Below are positions 8,099 through 16,167 of a stretch of DNA of 47,309 nt, in pieces. The notes beneath the pieces are model-generated. The model did no database searches. It was not told where the DNA came from and saw only the letters and a list, made by a program, of their open reading frames with translations. The position numbers and the translations under genes are program-made. The stretch lies in IMG/VR virus record IMGVR_UViG_3300037467_000688; one strand, 5' to 3'. The number at the start of each line of letters is the position of its first letter. Position 1 is the stretch's first letter. The stretch comes from a virus.

Positions 8099-8461
8099 TC
8101 AACCCCCAATCGGGCCAAGGCTTCCGAGAAAGCTAAGCTCATCGCGGTGGGCGAGGCGACCGTGCGGCGTGTCGAGCTCGGCCCGAACTTGTTGAAGCCG
8201 GCGCCGTGCGGCCGACGACCGCGTCTCGACGAGTGTGTATTCCCCATAGCGGTTCCCTTGCGTGTCCTGTTTGTGAATGGTGACGATCTCCTTGCCCTCG
8301 GGAATGAGGTCGGCCCGGTCAGTCCGGAGCCGGTGGATTACGTCGGCGAGGCGAAAGCGGCCGTACTCAATGAGGGCGGAACCCTCCGAGATATGGCCGC
8401 GCTGCTTGAGGTGTTCGGCGACGGTCTCCACGCGGGAGCGTCGACGAGAGAGCACTGACAC
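8099..8461 (-). CDS. Winged-helix DNA-binding protein (HTH_39-like)
   Basis: GTG start after AGGAGA; GHISEGSALIEYGRFRLADVIHRLR...IVTIHKQDTQGNRYGEYTLV pattern. Confidence 0.5.
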   Translation of the reverse strand: MSVLSRRRSRVETVAEHLKQRGHISEGSALIEYGRFRLADVIHRLRTDRADLIPEGKEIVTIHKQDTQGNRYGEYTLVETRSSAARRRLQQVRAELDTPHGRLAHRDELSFLGSLGPIGG

Positions 8462-8472
8462 GTGCTGGTCTC

Positions 8473-8907
8473 CTAACTGAGGTAAATGAGGCGCTCGGCC
8501 TTGCGGCGTTTCGTTAGTCCGGGGACGACGCGGCCCGCTTGGTGGTCCCATCGAAGGAACTGTGCGGCGGCCGCGACGTAGTCGCCGGCCTTATGCTTAC
8601 GGAGGAGCGTGCTCGTCCGGAGGTTCTCGATCCCGATGTTGTAGACCAGCGAGAAGAGAGCATCGAACTGGCCCTGCGTCGTCGGGATGCCGAAGAGCTG
8701 CTTGTTGAGCCAGACGGTGAAGGCGCCGGTGTCGTTCTCCCAAGCCTTCTCCGCTTGCTCGCGGGTCCAGACGAGACCGACCGAAACATCAGAGCCGGTG
8801 TGGCCCCATCCGATGGTCGGACGGTCGTTCGGGGTGGGGAGGTAGCCGACCAGGCGGAGCCTCTCGAAGCCCTGGACGAACGCCAGGGCACGCGGGCTAG
8901 GCTGCAT
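8473..8907 (-). CDS. Endolysin, GH24 (T4/lambda-R type lysozyme)
   Basis: FVQGFERLRLVGYLPTPNDRPTIGWGHTG and downstream GQFDALFSLVYNIG; occupies the T7 gp3.5 position. Confidence 0.8.
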   Translation of the reverse strand: MQPSPRALAFVQGFERLRLVGYLPTPNDRPTIGWGHTGSDVSVGLVWTREQAEKAWENDTGAFTVWLNKQLFGIPTTQGQFDALFSLVYNIGIENLRTSTLLRKHKAGDYVAAAAQFLRWDHQAGRVVPGLTKRRKAERLIYLS

Positions 8908-9319
8908 GACACGAGGTCTCGCGCATCCACGCCGCGACAGCTTCTAGCTGCTCGGGCACTTCCGCATCAGCTTTGATCCGGTTTGCCAATCCTGAGATGA
9001 CCCGGATATTTCCAGGCACGTAGCCGAGCTCAGGCCGGCAACGGTCCAGGGTTGGGCTATTCGGCCCACCGGCTCCGCGGGAGCGGAACAGAGGGATGCC
9101 TAGCGCTGGACAGCGGTCAGGAATGACCACGTCGTCTTCGGTCAGCGTGAAGGCTAGCTCACGCTCCTGTGCTCGCCTCTTGGCTGACTGTAGGAGAACC
9201 TTTTTCGGGTTGGCATCCCACCATTTAAGACGAGCGAGACGCTCCTCTTCACGACGAGCCGGGCTCATCTTAGCCCTAAACCGACGCTGAGCGAGAGCAC
9301 CTGGAGAAGGGCTACTCAC
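8897..9319 (-). CDS. HNH-type homing endonuclease, paralogue 2
   Basis: CPALGIPLFRSRGAGGPNSPTLDRCRPELGYVPGNIRVISGLANRIKAD; start ambiguous (GTG at 9319 or ATG at Met18). Confidence 0.65.
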   Translation of the reverse strand: MSSPSPGALAQRRFRAKMSPARREEERLARLKWWDANPKKVLLQSAKRRAQERELAFTLTEDDVVIPDRCPALGIPLFRSRGAGGPNSPTLDRCRPELGYVPGNIRVISGLANRIKADAEVPEQLEAVAAWMRETSCHAA

Positions 9320-9719
9320 GAAAACGAACCGTGACTTTGTAACCCTCGGGCTCGCCCTCAGCGGCCCACCTTTTCAGGTAAACCCCTTCGACGATTTGAT
9401 TATCGTCGCGCCAATATCCGCCGGCCTGCGTTAGAGCGTCGAACACTCCCTTAAGGAAGTTGTCGACGTCTCCGGAGGGCCTGGCCTTCTTGGTCGTAGC
9501 GGGGCGCCGGACGATGACCTCGACGGCCACCCAGACGTCGCCCTCGAAAGGGGCGTCCAGCGGGAACGGCGGGTCCAGCGCGCGGATTTGCGCGATGGCC
9601 TCGTCCTTCCACTCCTTGTAGGCCGGCTCGTTGTAGACGTTAGGGAACCGACCCCGGCAGCCGCAGCGAGTCCTGGCCGTAGCTCTGGGAGCCAGGGCCA
9701 GGAATATCTTGCGCTCCAT
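9312..9719 (-). CDS. rusA: RusA-like Holliday junction resolvase
   Basis: GDVDNFLKGVFDALTQAGGYWRDDNQIV matches the RusA D-x-D-N...K...D-A-L core; occupies the T7 gp3 endonuclease slot. Confidence 0.75.
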   Translation of the reverse strand: MERKIFLALAPRATARTRCGCRGRFPNVYNEPAYKEWKDEAIAQIRALDPPFPLDAPFEGDVWVAVEVIVRRPATTKKARPSGDVDNFLKGVFDALTQAGGYWRDDNQIVEGVYLKRWAAEGEPEGYKVTVRFRE

Positions 9720-10402
9720 TAGAAGTCGCGGTCGGTGCCTTCACCGCCATCGAAGCCGGCGCCCTCGTCAGCGAAGCCGCCGTTGTCGTCCTGGATGTCG
9801 TCTCCTTCCTCGGCGCCGAAGCCGTGTTCACTGGCTGACCGCTGGCCGCCGGTGACGAGCTTGAGAAGCTGGACGCCCTCGAGCTGATAGCTGATGCCGA
9901 CCGAGCCGTCGTTCGGTGCCAGGTAGGGCACGAGGCGGACGCTGAGCTTCAGCTCGGAACCGCTGCCGATCTTCGGCGGGCGCTTGAGGCGGACGCCCTG
10001 GGCGTTGAAGAAGTCGGGGACCTTGGTGAAGGTCTTCCCGGCCTTCGGCCCATGCTTGATCTCGATGTTGTGCTTCATGCCGGCGCGGAGGAGCATCTCT
10101 CCGGTCTCTTCGCCGGTCTCCCGGTCGATCTCCGGCTTCACGACCTCGACCTTGTTGAGCTTCTTGAGCAGTGCGCCCTTCTTCTCAGTGGTCAGCTTGG
10201 CGACGGTCTCGTCGTAGAACTCGTCGCGGACCTCGGTCGCCTTCGCGACCAGCTTGTCATAGGCCGGGTCGCTCGTGTCGGGCCGGATGCGGACGTGGAA
10301 CTCGCCCTCCTTCTTATATTCGAAGTCCGGCTCGTTGAGCTGCGCCCACGCAACGGTGCCGCGGGGGGTGATGATTGACGGATATTCAGAGCGTTTCTTC
10401 AT
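9719..10402 (-). CDS. ssDNA-binding protein, T7 gp2.5-like
   Basis: Start MKKRSEYPSIITPRG (TAATG junction); acidic C-terminal tail ending DGGEGTDRDF with a terminal Phe, as in gp2.5. Confidence 0.75.
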   Translation of the reverse strand: MKKRSEYPSIITPRGTVAWAQLNEPDFEYKKEGEFHVRIRPDTSDPAYDKLVAKATEVRDEFYDETVAKLTTEKKGALLKKLNKVEVVKPEIDRETGEETGEMLLRAGMKHNIEIKHGPKAGKTFTKVPDFFNAQGVRLKRPPKIGSGSELKLSVRLVPYLAPNDGSVGISYQLEGVQLLKLVTGGQRSASEHGFGAEEGDDIQDDNGGFADEGAGFDGGEGTDRDF

Positions 10403-10563
10403 TATTCTCCGTGGATGCGAGCGAGGTCGCGGTTGAGGGCGCGAAGGTCGTAGCCTTCCGCCGCGAGGTCGGTTTGGGTGACGAGGTCCACTTCTCGGGC
10501 GGACGTTGCGGTTTCCGCAGCGGACTCGAGAAGGGCTCGGATGCGTGCCTGTTGGGCGTTCAT
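10402..10563 (-). CDS. Hypothetical protein, 53 aa
   Basis: Hand-translated MNAQQARIRALLESAAETATSAREVDLVTQTDLAAEGYDLRALNRDLARIHGE; ATGA and TAATG junctions. Confidence 0.5.
   Translation of the reverse strand: MNAQQARIRALLESAAETATSAREVDLVTQTDLAAEGYDLRALNRDLARIHGE
10535..10552 (-). promoter_or_regulatory. GGCACGC motif, middle subtype (minus strand ACAGGCACGCATCCGAGC)
   Basis: 17/18 match over the shared 18 nt to the exact repeat at 11233 and 14003; about 130 nt upstream of the SSB gene. Confidence 0.4.
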
Positions 10564-10712
10564 GGTTTGGCCTTGGGGACGACGTTGTAGAAGGGGACGG
10601 CCTGGAGTCGGCCGCCGAGCTCGAGCTGAACGAGGGCGTCGTCGCCGATAAAGCCAAAGAGGCGAGCCGCGTAGACTTCGCCGCGGATTGTCGCGAAGAC
10701 GGGGTACGGCAT
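10560..10712 (-). CDS. Hypothetical protein, 50 aa
   Basis: Hand-translated MPYPVFATIRGEVYAARLFGFIGDDALVQLELGGRLQAVPFYNVVPKAKP; TGATG junction upstream. Confidence 0.5.
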   Translation of the reverse strand: MPYPVFATIRGEVYAARLFGFIGDDALVQLELGGRLQAVPFYNVVPKAKP

Positions 10713-11017
10713 CAACGCAACTCTCCCTTAGCGTAATCTCGGGCAGCCTGAAGCTGCTCCGTAAAAGGACCCTCGGCCTCAGGCAGGATGCGCCGGGCTC
10801 GCGCCACCATTTCGTGCGGATCGAGCCCCACGACCGACGCCATCGCGACCGCCGTCAGGAACAGCGCGTCGAGCTGAATGGCCGGGTCATGGAACTGAAG
10901 CTGGTCCACGATGGCGAACGAGGGTTGCCGGAGCGGCGCGGCCGCAGCGGCGAAACTGATGCGGTCCCGGATCGTGTGAAGCGGGGACCGCCATGCAGGA
11001 TGTTCAGGCCGGCTCAT
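10712..11017 (-). CDS. Hypothetical protein, 101 aa
   Basis: Internal start MSRPEHPAW chosen because the upstream part of the track ORF is covered by 11004..11180 in another frame. Confidence 0.5.
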   Translation of the reverse strand: MSRPEHPAWRSPLHTIRDRISFAAAAAPLRQPSFAIVDQLQFHDPAIQLDALFLTAVAMASVVGLDPHEMVARARRILPEAEGPFTEQLQAARDYAKGELR

Positions 11018-11180
11018 ATTCACCAGCCTCCGTGCGTATCTGGAGAACCAGCGCCAGGCGTCCGGCTCGAGCCATTGCAATTTTGTAATCACCCAGGTCG
11101 TCGAGAGCTGAGTGGACATCGCTCATCGCCTCTTCAACTAGGGTATCGAGATAAGACAGGAAGTTGTCGGGCACTGGCAT
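11004..11180 (-). CDS. Hypothetical acidic protein, 58 aa
   Basis: Hand-translated MPVPDNFLSYLDTLVEEAMSDVHSALDDLGDYKIAMARAGRLALVLQIRTEAGEYEPA; AAGGAAA before the ATG. Confidence 0.5.
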   Translation of the reverse strand: MPVPDNFLSYLDTLVEEAMSDVHSALDDLGDYKIAMARAGRLALVLQIRTEAGEYEPA

Positions 11181-11232
11181 TTTCCTTGATGTGGGGCCGG
11201 AGCTTTCAGGCCCAAAGGGGTGCGGGTTAAAG

Positions 11233-11250
11233 GCTCGGAAGCGTGCCTAT
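11233..11250 (-). promoter_or_regulatory. GGCACGC motif, middle subtype (minus strand ATAGGCACGCTTCCGAGC)
   Basis: 18-nt exact copy of 14003-14020; begins immediately after the RNAP stop codon. Confidence 0.45.
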
Positions 11251-13694
11251 CAGGCGAAGAGGTACGGCGCATAGCGCACGTCTTCGAGGTCAAGCTCGCC
11301 GGCCGTCGGTGGGGGCGGCAGCGCGTCCACCCAGGCGGGCGGGAGCGTGGCCGCGATCTCGTCGCGGAAGCGGGCAAGTAGGTCGGGCTCGTACTGCTCG
11401 ACGAAGGTCTCCCGAAGGAGCCGCGCGAGGTCATCCGTGCGCGCCGCGTGGGTCGCGAAGCTGTCATGGACGACGGCCAGGTAGTCGATCCCCTCCCTCT
11501 TCGCCGCCCGCGCGAGGGCGCGGAGGTGTGCCGCGTCGAGCGAGTGGATGAAGTTCGGGGCGATCCCGTTGGCTTGCGAGCGGGCGGACAGGTCGGGGCT
11601 GTCGCCCATCAGCGTGAGCGAGAGCTTCGCTCCGCGCCAGTGGACCTCGACCCTGGTCCCGGACGGGAGCCGGTAGGCCTGATTGATGACGAAACCGTCA
11701 GGCGCCGTCCAGGTCAGCGACGCGCCGGCATTGCTGGCGACCCGCGCCACCGACCGGAGCCACTCCATCGCCCGCGTCGCCGCGGAGACGACCTCCGCGA
11801 TGGCCTCGAACATGATGTAGCTGAGGTAGTTGGCGGCCTCGTAGTTGTCAGCGCCGCCCAAGTACGGCTCGCCCTCAGCGTCCAGCTCCTTGAGGGTCTG
11901 GAGGATCATGTCCTGGACCCCGTAGCGGGTCGCCGAGTAGACGTAGGTCATGGTAGGACGCTTGGCGACCTTTCGAGTAACCAGACCACCACGCCATAGA
12001 GCTGCACGAGGATCGCTGTCCCGATCAACACGAGCTTGAGCGATGCGCGCCACTTCGGCGTAGACGTCGGAGGGACCGTCGACTCCGGCACTGGATGGAA
12101 CCAGATTGACCGCTGCCGCGCCCGCGGGGTCCCGCAGGAGAGCAGAAAAATGCTGGAGTCCAGAGTTGCTTCCGTCGAGGGGGATGGGGAGGTGCGAGAC
12201 ATAGGTCTCTCCTTGTTGGAGGTAGCCAGCGAAGTCGAAGATGGCGGCGAGCGCCATCCACGGGCTGTCCGCCGTGGCCCAGAAGCGGCCCCCGTCGAGC
12301 GGGTCGACGGCGCTGTCGATGATCTGCGCGGCGTGGTCGTAGGTCCACTTCACCCGGTCGTGGAAGGAGACCTTGTCGACCCCGAACAGGTTGGCGATGT
12401 GGACCGCCAGCCAGTGAGCACCCGCTTTCCCGAGGGGCAGCCCGTGGGCGAACTCGAGAAGCGCCTTGCCGGCATCCTCGGCTTGCGGGTGGGGACCCGT
12501 GGCGGGGATGGGGTAGGCACGGCCGCGGAAGTCGAGCGCGTGGGGGAACCAGATGGCCGCCTCATCGGCGAACTTCTCGGCCACCCAGAGGCGCTGGTTG
12601 ACCTCAAGCCGCTCCTGAAAGAGCTTCGCGTTGGCGTCGTAGACCTCCGTCGCGGCGCGCTTCCAGGCCTTCTTGGCCTCCTCGTCGGCGTCCATGTCGT
12701 CCGGCTTGGGTGGGAGAGGGTAGTCGTCCCGAGGGGGGAGTCCGCCCAGGTTGCCCCCGCCGTCCCAGACCTCACGCATCACGTCGAGGACCCGGCGGTT
12801 GATCCGCCAAGGCGTCTCTTGGATGTGGTTGACGGCCTCGTAGACGAGTGACAGGTCGGCCTCAGCGAGCGCCGAGAGGGCGCCGCCCATGCCCGTGCCG
12901 GCGCGGACGAGCCCGCGGCGATACGTCGGGCGGAGGTAGCCGCCGGTCTTCAAGCTGCGCCATCTGCGGGGTCTGACGACCATCGGCAGGGACATCGGCT
13001 GCATCAGAGCGGAGCGCGCATGTTGCTCCGTCAGCCACTTCCGCAGGGCCTCCGTGGGGCGCACGGTGTAGGTCCCCATGCGGCCCCGCTGCTCGAGCGT
13101 GAAGAGCCCGGTGGCGTCGATCAACAACTCGATGGCCGCCATGCCGAGGTGGAGCTTCTCCTTGCGGCTGATCGCCGTGCGGGACTCGTCGGTCTCCAGC
13201 ATCTTGCGGACTATCTCGACCCGCCGGGCAGTGCCCCGCGAGAAGCGGCTCTTCTTGACCAGCCCATAGTAACGGGTTGGGTGCTTGCCGGCGAACGTGA
13301 CCATGTCGACGTGGTCGATGATGGCTTGCGCTGCGTTGAGCGCTGCGGCTTGGAGTGTCGCTTGGAAGGCGCTGTAGTTGAGGACCGTGCGGGCGGTCAG
13401 GTACGCGACCTCCTCGGGGCTGGCGAGCTCGAGCCACTTGACCGCCGAGTGACGGCGCCCGGCGCCCCCGGCGTTTGCCTTCTCGACGAACTCACGGATG
13501 GCCGCGGCAGTCGGCTCGACGGCTTGGCGGAGGAGCGTCTGGCCAGGCGGGAGGTTCGCTTCCTCCTCCACCCCGGCGGCCGCGCTGTCGCGCCAGGGCA
13601 TCGGACGGGACCGCTGATAGCGTGCCTCACCGAGCGAGCGGGACTCGTCCTCGAGGTCGAGTTGGCGACGGATGTCGGTACGTGAGAGGTCCAT
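11250..13694 (-). CDS. Single-subunit DNA-directed RNA polymerase, T7 gp1-like
   Basis: PIPLDGSNSGLQHFSALLRD, RKVAKRPTMTYVYSATRYG, AVVHDSFATHA, C-terminus YAPYLFA (compare T7 ...FAFA). Confidence 0.95.
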   Translation of the reverse strand: MDLSRTDIRRQLDLEDESRSLGEARYQRSRPMPWRDSAAAGVEEEANLPPGQTLLRQAVEPTAAAIREFVEKANAGGAGRRHSAVKWLELASPEEVAYLTARTVLNYSAFQATLQAAALNAAQAIIDHVDMVTFAGKHPTRYYGLVKKSRFSRGTARRVEIVRKMLETDESRTAISRKEKLHLGMAAIELLIDATGLFTLEQRGRMGTYTVRPTEALRKWLTEQHARSALMQPMSLPMVVRPRRWRSLKTGGYLRPTYRRGLVRAGTGMGGALSALAEADLSLVYEAVNHIQETPWRINRRVLDVMREVWDGGGNLGGLPPRDDYPLPPKPDDMDADEEAKKAWKRAATEVYDANAKLFQERLEVNQRLWVAEKFADEAAIWFPHALDFRGRAYPIPATGPHPQAEDAGKALLEFAHGLPLGKAGAHWLAVHIANLFGVDKVSFHDRVKWTYDHAAQIIDSAVDPLDGGRFWATADSPWMALAAIFDFAGYLQQGETYVSHLPIPLDGSNSGLQHFSALLRDPAGAAAVNLVPSSAGVDGPSDVYAEVARIAQARVDRDSDPRAALWRGGLVTRKVAKRPTMTYVYSATRYGVQDMILQTLKELDAEGEPYLGGADNYEAANYLSYIMFEAIAEVVSAATRAMEWLRSVARVASNAGASLTWTAPDGFVINQAYRLPSGTRVEVHWRGAKLSLTLMGDSPDLSARSQANGIAPNFIHSLDAAHLRALARAAKREGIDYLAVVHDSFATHAARTDDLARLLRETFVEQYEPDLLARFRDEIAATLPPAWVDALPPPPTAGELDLEDVRYAPYLFA

Positions 13695-13945
13695 CAGCAA
13701 CCCGCGCGAAGATCGTTGAGCCGGGCCTTCTTGCGGGCAATGATCCCATCAAGAAGTTCCTTGCCAAGACTGAGTGGAACGTCTGTCACTTCATCTAGCT
13801 CAGCCCCTGGATAGAGGACCCTCAGGCGGGGCACTTCCCGACGACGAGCCAATACCAGCTCATCTTTCTTGCCAAAGCTGAGGCGCTCTAATTGCTCAAC
13901 CTCTCGGATCAACTTGGCAGCTTCTTGTATCTGCTCGTTGGTCAT
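13694..13945 (-). CDS. Hypothetical protein, 83 aa
   Basis: Start MTNEQIQEAAKL after TTAAGGAGAAC; stop overlaps the RNAP ATG (TGATG). Confidence 0.55.
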   Translation of the reverse strand: MTNEQIQEAAKLIREVEQLERLSFGKKDELVLARRREVPRLRVLYPGAELDEVTDVPLSLGKELLDGIIARKKARLNDLRAGC

Positions 13946-14002
13946 CAGGTTCTCCTTAAGGAAGAGAGCACTCCGTGCTCCCCGGAAGGGTGTTGGATAA
14001 TA

Positions 14003-14020
14003 GCTCGGAAGCGTGCCTAT
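14003..14020 (-). promoter_or_regulatory. GGCACGC motif, middle subtype (minus strand ATAGGCACGCTTCCGAGC)
   Basis: 18-nt exact copy of 11233-11250; intergenic, about 55 nt upstream of the 13945 start; followed by the hairpin GAGCACggaGTGCTC. Confidence 0.45.
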
Positions 14021-14256
14021 TGGCTTAGCGCATGGCGATAAGTGGTCCACCAGCCGTCAGTGCTCCAGCAGACCCTGCAGTCAATCCAGACTTGTTGCTC
14101 GTGGTAGCGTTCGAGCCAGACCCACTCGCCATTGTCCATCTTAACCGGAAAGAGGGCGAAGGGAGTCCGCGCAGCTTGGCGCCTCGCTCTCTCCGCAGCC
14201 TGCGTGGCTTCGCGCCTTCGACGCTGCTGAGCATAAGTTAATCCGAACCGTGCCAA
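14017..14256 (-). CDS. Hypothetical Arg-rich/Trp-rich protein, 79 aa
   Basis: TTG start 7 nt after GAGGAG; C-terminal MDNGEWVWLERYHEQQVWIDCRVCWSTDGWW. Confidence 0.4.
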   Translation of the reverse strand: MARFGLTYAQQRRRREATQAAERARRQAARTPFALFPVKMDNGEWVWLERYHEQQVWIDCRVCWSTDGWWTTYRHALSQ

Positions 14257-14263
14257 ACTAGTT

Positions 14264-14281
14264 CTCCTCAATCGTGCCAAA
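14264..14281 (-). promoter_or_regulatory. GGCACG motif variant (minus strand TTTGGCACGATTGAGGAG)
   Basis: Intergenic, downstream of int and directly upstream of the TTG start at 14256. Confidence 0.3.
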
Positions 14282-14406
14282 GTGTGCCGAGCGGGTCCGC
14301 CGGCATCGGGTGCGCGTGGCACCCCTCGAAAAAGCGCTTAAATTCCTTGGTTATCCGCCAATCTTGGCGCACAAAAACGGCCACGGAAGTATTAGTTTTC
14401 GGCCAC

Positions 14407-15639
14407 TCATTGGAGCCGCGCTGTGCCAGGAGTGGCACGATTAGCACCGGGTAATGAGTTAGGCACGGTTTCATGCCTAGTGCGATCCTGTGCCTGGTCG
14501 GCATCTTCTGTGCCACGTGTGCCAGAAAGGATGGACAGCCCGCCGACCAGGTCGGAAGGCATCAGGTGGAGATACCGCTCGGCCGTGATCTTGGGGTCCG
14601 AGTGCCCGGCCCACATTTGGAGCTGAGCGAGACCCATGCCGCCCCGAGCGAGGCGCGTGAGGACCGTGTGGCGGATCGTATGGATGGACACGCCGGTCAG
14701 GTCCATGCCTGTCTCACGCTCAATGTCTTCCCGCACCTGGCGGAACATGACATCCGCGGTGGTCGAGGTCAGGCCGAAGTAGCGCCACTCCTGCGTCTCC
14801 CGGTCGAGGACCAGATGGTCCATGAGCCCAGACAGCGCGGCAATCGCGGTGTCCGTGAGCGGCAACGTGCGCGGCTTCCCGCTCTTCGTGCGGTAGCGGG
14901 GGAAGGTGACGTAGGTCGTCCCGCTGAGCTGCGTTACATTCTTCGGCCCAAGCTGGAGCACCTCGCTGAGGCGGCCGCCGGTGGCGAAGACGAAGATGAG
15001 GAACGCCTTGAAGCGGAACCACTGTCGGTTCGGCTCGAGCTGGCGCCGCTTCTCGACCGCGGCGAAGATCGCGTCCTCTTCGAGTGGCGTGATCGTCCGA
15101 TCCTTGAGATTGTTGACCACGATCTTGGGGAGCGGGGGCTTGTACCGGAGGAGGGGCTGGCCCTTCTCGTCCGTCCACATGGTCGCCATCTTGAGCGCCT
15201 TGGCGAGCATCGCCAGCTTCCGCTTGACGGTCGCCGGCTGATAGCCGCGGGCCTTCATGTCGCCGACGAGCTGCTCCAGGCGCGTGAAGGTCATGTCCTC
15301 GACGGCTTCCTCGCCGACCATGTCCCGCAGGATGCGGACGTTCGACCGGATCGTGCGCTGCGAGCGGACGTTGTCCGGGTGCCAGACAGTCTTCTCGCAC
15401 TTGTCGAGGAGGCCCGACACGGTGAACCGCCCGTCTCGTTTGCGTGCCTGTCCGGCCTCCGAAGGGGCCACCGCCTGGGGCGTGCGGATGCCGAGCACGA
15501 TCTCGCGCCCGGCTGCCTTCACGTCCGCCGGCGGGGCCTTCTGCGGCGCCGTCTTGATGCCTGTGGAGATACGCTTGCGCGTACCGTTATCATCGTAGTC
15601 GATGACCCACATGCCGTTGGGCTTTTGTCGATAGCGCAT
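14407..15639 (-). CDS. int: Tyrosine recombinase / integrase
   Basis: Start MRYRQKPNGMW after GAAGGAGG; catalytic pattern GGRLSEV (R), HTIRHTVLTRLA (HxxR), GHSDPKITAERYLHL (H...Y). Confidence 0.93.
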   Translation of the reverse strand: MRYRQKPNGMWVIDYDDNGTRKRISTGIKTAPQKAPPADVKAAGREIVLGIRTPQAVAPSEAGQARKRDGRFTVSGLLDKCEKTVWHPDNVRSQRTIRSNVRILRDMVGEEAVEDMTFTRLEQLVGDMKARGYQPATVKRKLAMLAKALKMATMWTDEKGQPLLRYKPPLPKIVVNNLKDRTITPLEEDAIFAAVEKRRQLEPNRQWFRFKAFLIFVFATGGRLSEVLQLGPKNVTQLSGTTYVTFPRYRTKSGKPRTLPLTDTAIAALSGLMDHLVLDRETQEWRYFGLTSTTADVMFRQVREDIERETGMDLTGVSIHTIRHTVLTRLARGGMGLAQLQMWAGHSDPKITAERYLHLMPSDLVGGLSILSGTRGTEDADQAQDRTRHETVPNSLPGANRATPGTARLQ

Positions 15640-15650
15640 CCGCGCCTCCT

Positions 15651-16127
15651 TCAATTCACCTTCGTCTTGGCTGCCTTCTCAAGCATCGGCTCAAGCGCCA
15701 GCAAGGCCCCGGCGAGGACCGACTTGCCCTCCTCCGAGACCCGAAGGAGCTGCTCGCGGTCGTCGTTCGGGTTGGCCTCAGTGGACAACCACCCCAGAGC
15801 CTTCGGGTAGAGCCTCGACGGCTCCAAGAGCTGCCGATAGCTGTTCCGGATCGACCCCCGGAACTGGTCCGGGTAGGCCTGCAAGAGCGCCGACCGGGTC
15901 GCCGGCTTGCCCGCCGCGTCCGCCGTCGCCGCCAGCATGAAGAAGGCCGCCTGAGTCAGGGTCAGGCGATCCGACCCCACGTCGGACAGGTACAACAGAA
16001 AGGCCGACGAGCCGGCCAACTCTGCGACGCGCTTCCAGAGCTGCGGCGATATGCCGCCCTTCGCTTGCAAGATCGTCGTCCCCTTGTTTCTTTCGGTTCC
16101 CGTGCCGAGCAGTCGCGTTGCCCGCAT
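15651..16127 (-). CDS. MarR-like winged-helix regulator (candidate lysogeny repressor)
   Basis: Start MRATRLLG after GGGAGGAA; LTLTQAAFFMLAA...RSALLQ...NPNDDREQLLRVSEEGKSVL fits the MarR wing pattern; stop adjoins the int RBS. Confidence 0.5.
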   Translation of the reverse strand: MRATRLLGTGTERNKGTTILQAKGGISPQLWKRVAELAGSSAFLLYLSDVGSDRLTLTQAAFFMLAATADAAGKPATRSALLQAYPDQFRGSIRNSYRQLLEPSRLYPKALGWLSTEANPNDDREQLLRVSEEGKSVLAGALLALEPMLEKAAKTKVN

Positions 16128-16141
16128 TAGTTTCCTCCCGA

Positions 16142-16167
16142 TTAACGTCAATGTTGCTTGTTAACGT
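16142..16167 (-). promoter_or_regulatory. Direct repeat TTAACGT x2 (19-bp period) just upstream of the MarR-like gene RBS; operator candidate
   Basis: Plus strand ttaacgt at 16142-16148 and 16161-16167, in a visibly AT-richer 300-bp gap. Confidence 0.3.

Noticed and set aside
8023-8247. Track ORF 8023..8247 (-), and its internal start MSLAFSEALARLG (8023..8142), between the wHTH gene and the primase.
   Set aside because: The long form overlaps 8099..8461 out of frame. The short form has no SD and overlaps the primase start by 20 nt. There is not enough support to call a gene.
14461-14478. The hairpin AGGCAcggtttcaTGCCT near the int 3' end, considered as a tRNA T-arm remnant marking a tRNA-type attP core.
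   Set aside because: The loop is 8 nt and lacks the GTTCRANYC T-loop consensus, and no acceptor-stem continuation follows. I could not recognise any tRNA-like 3' end here.
14268-14516. Track ORF 14268..14516 (-), 82 aa, overlapping the integrase 3' end.
   Set aside because: It overlaps the integrase coding sequence out of frame by 110 nt and has no RBS. The region is better explained by the int tail plus an intergenic regulatory or attP segment.
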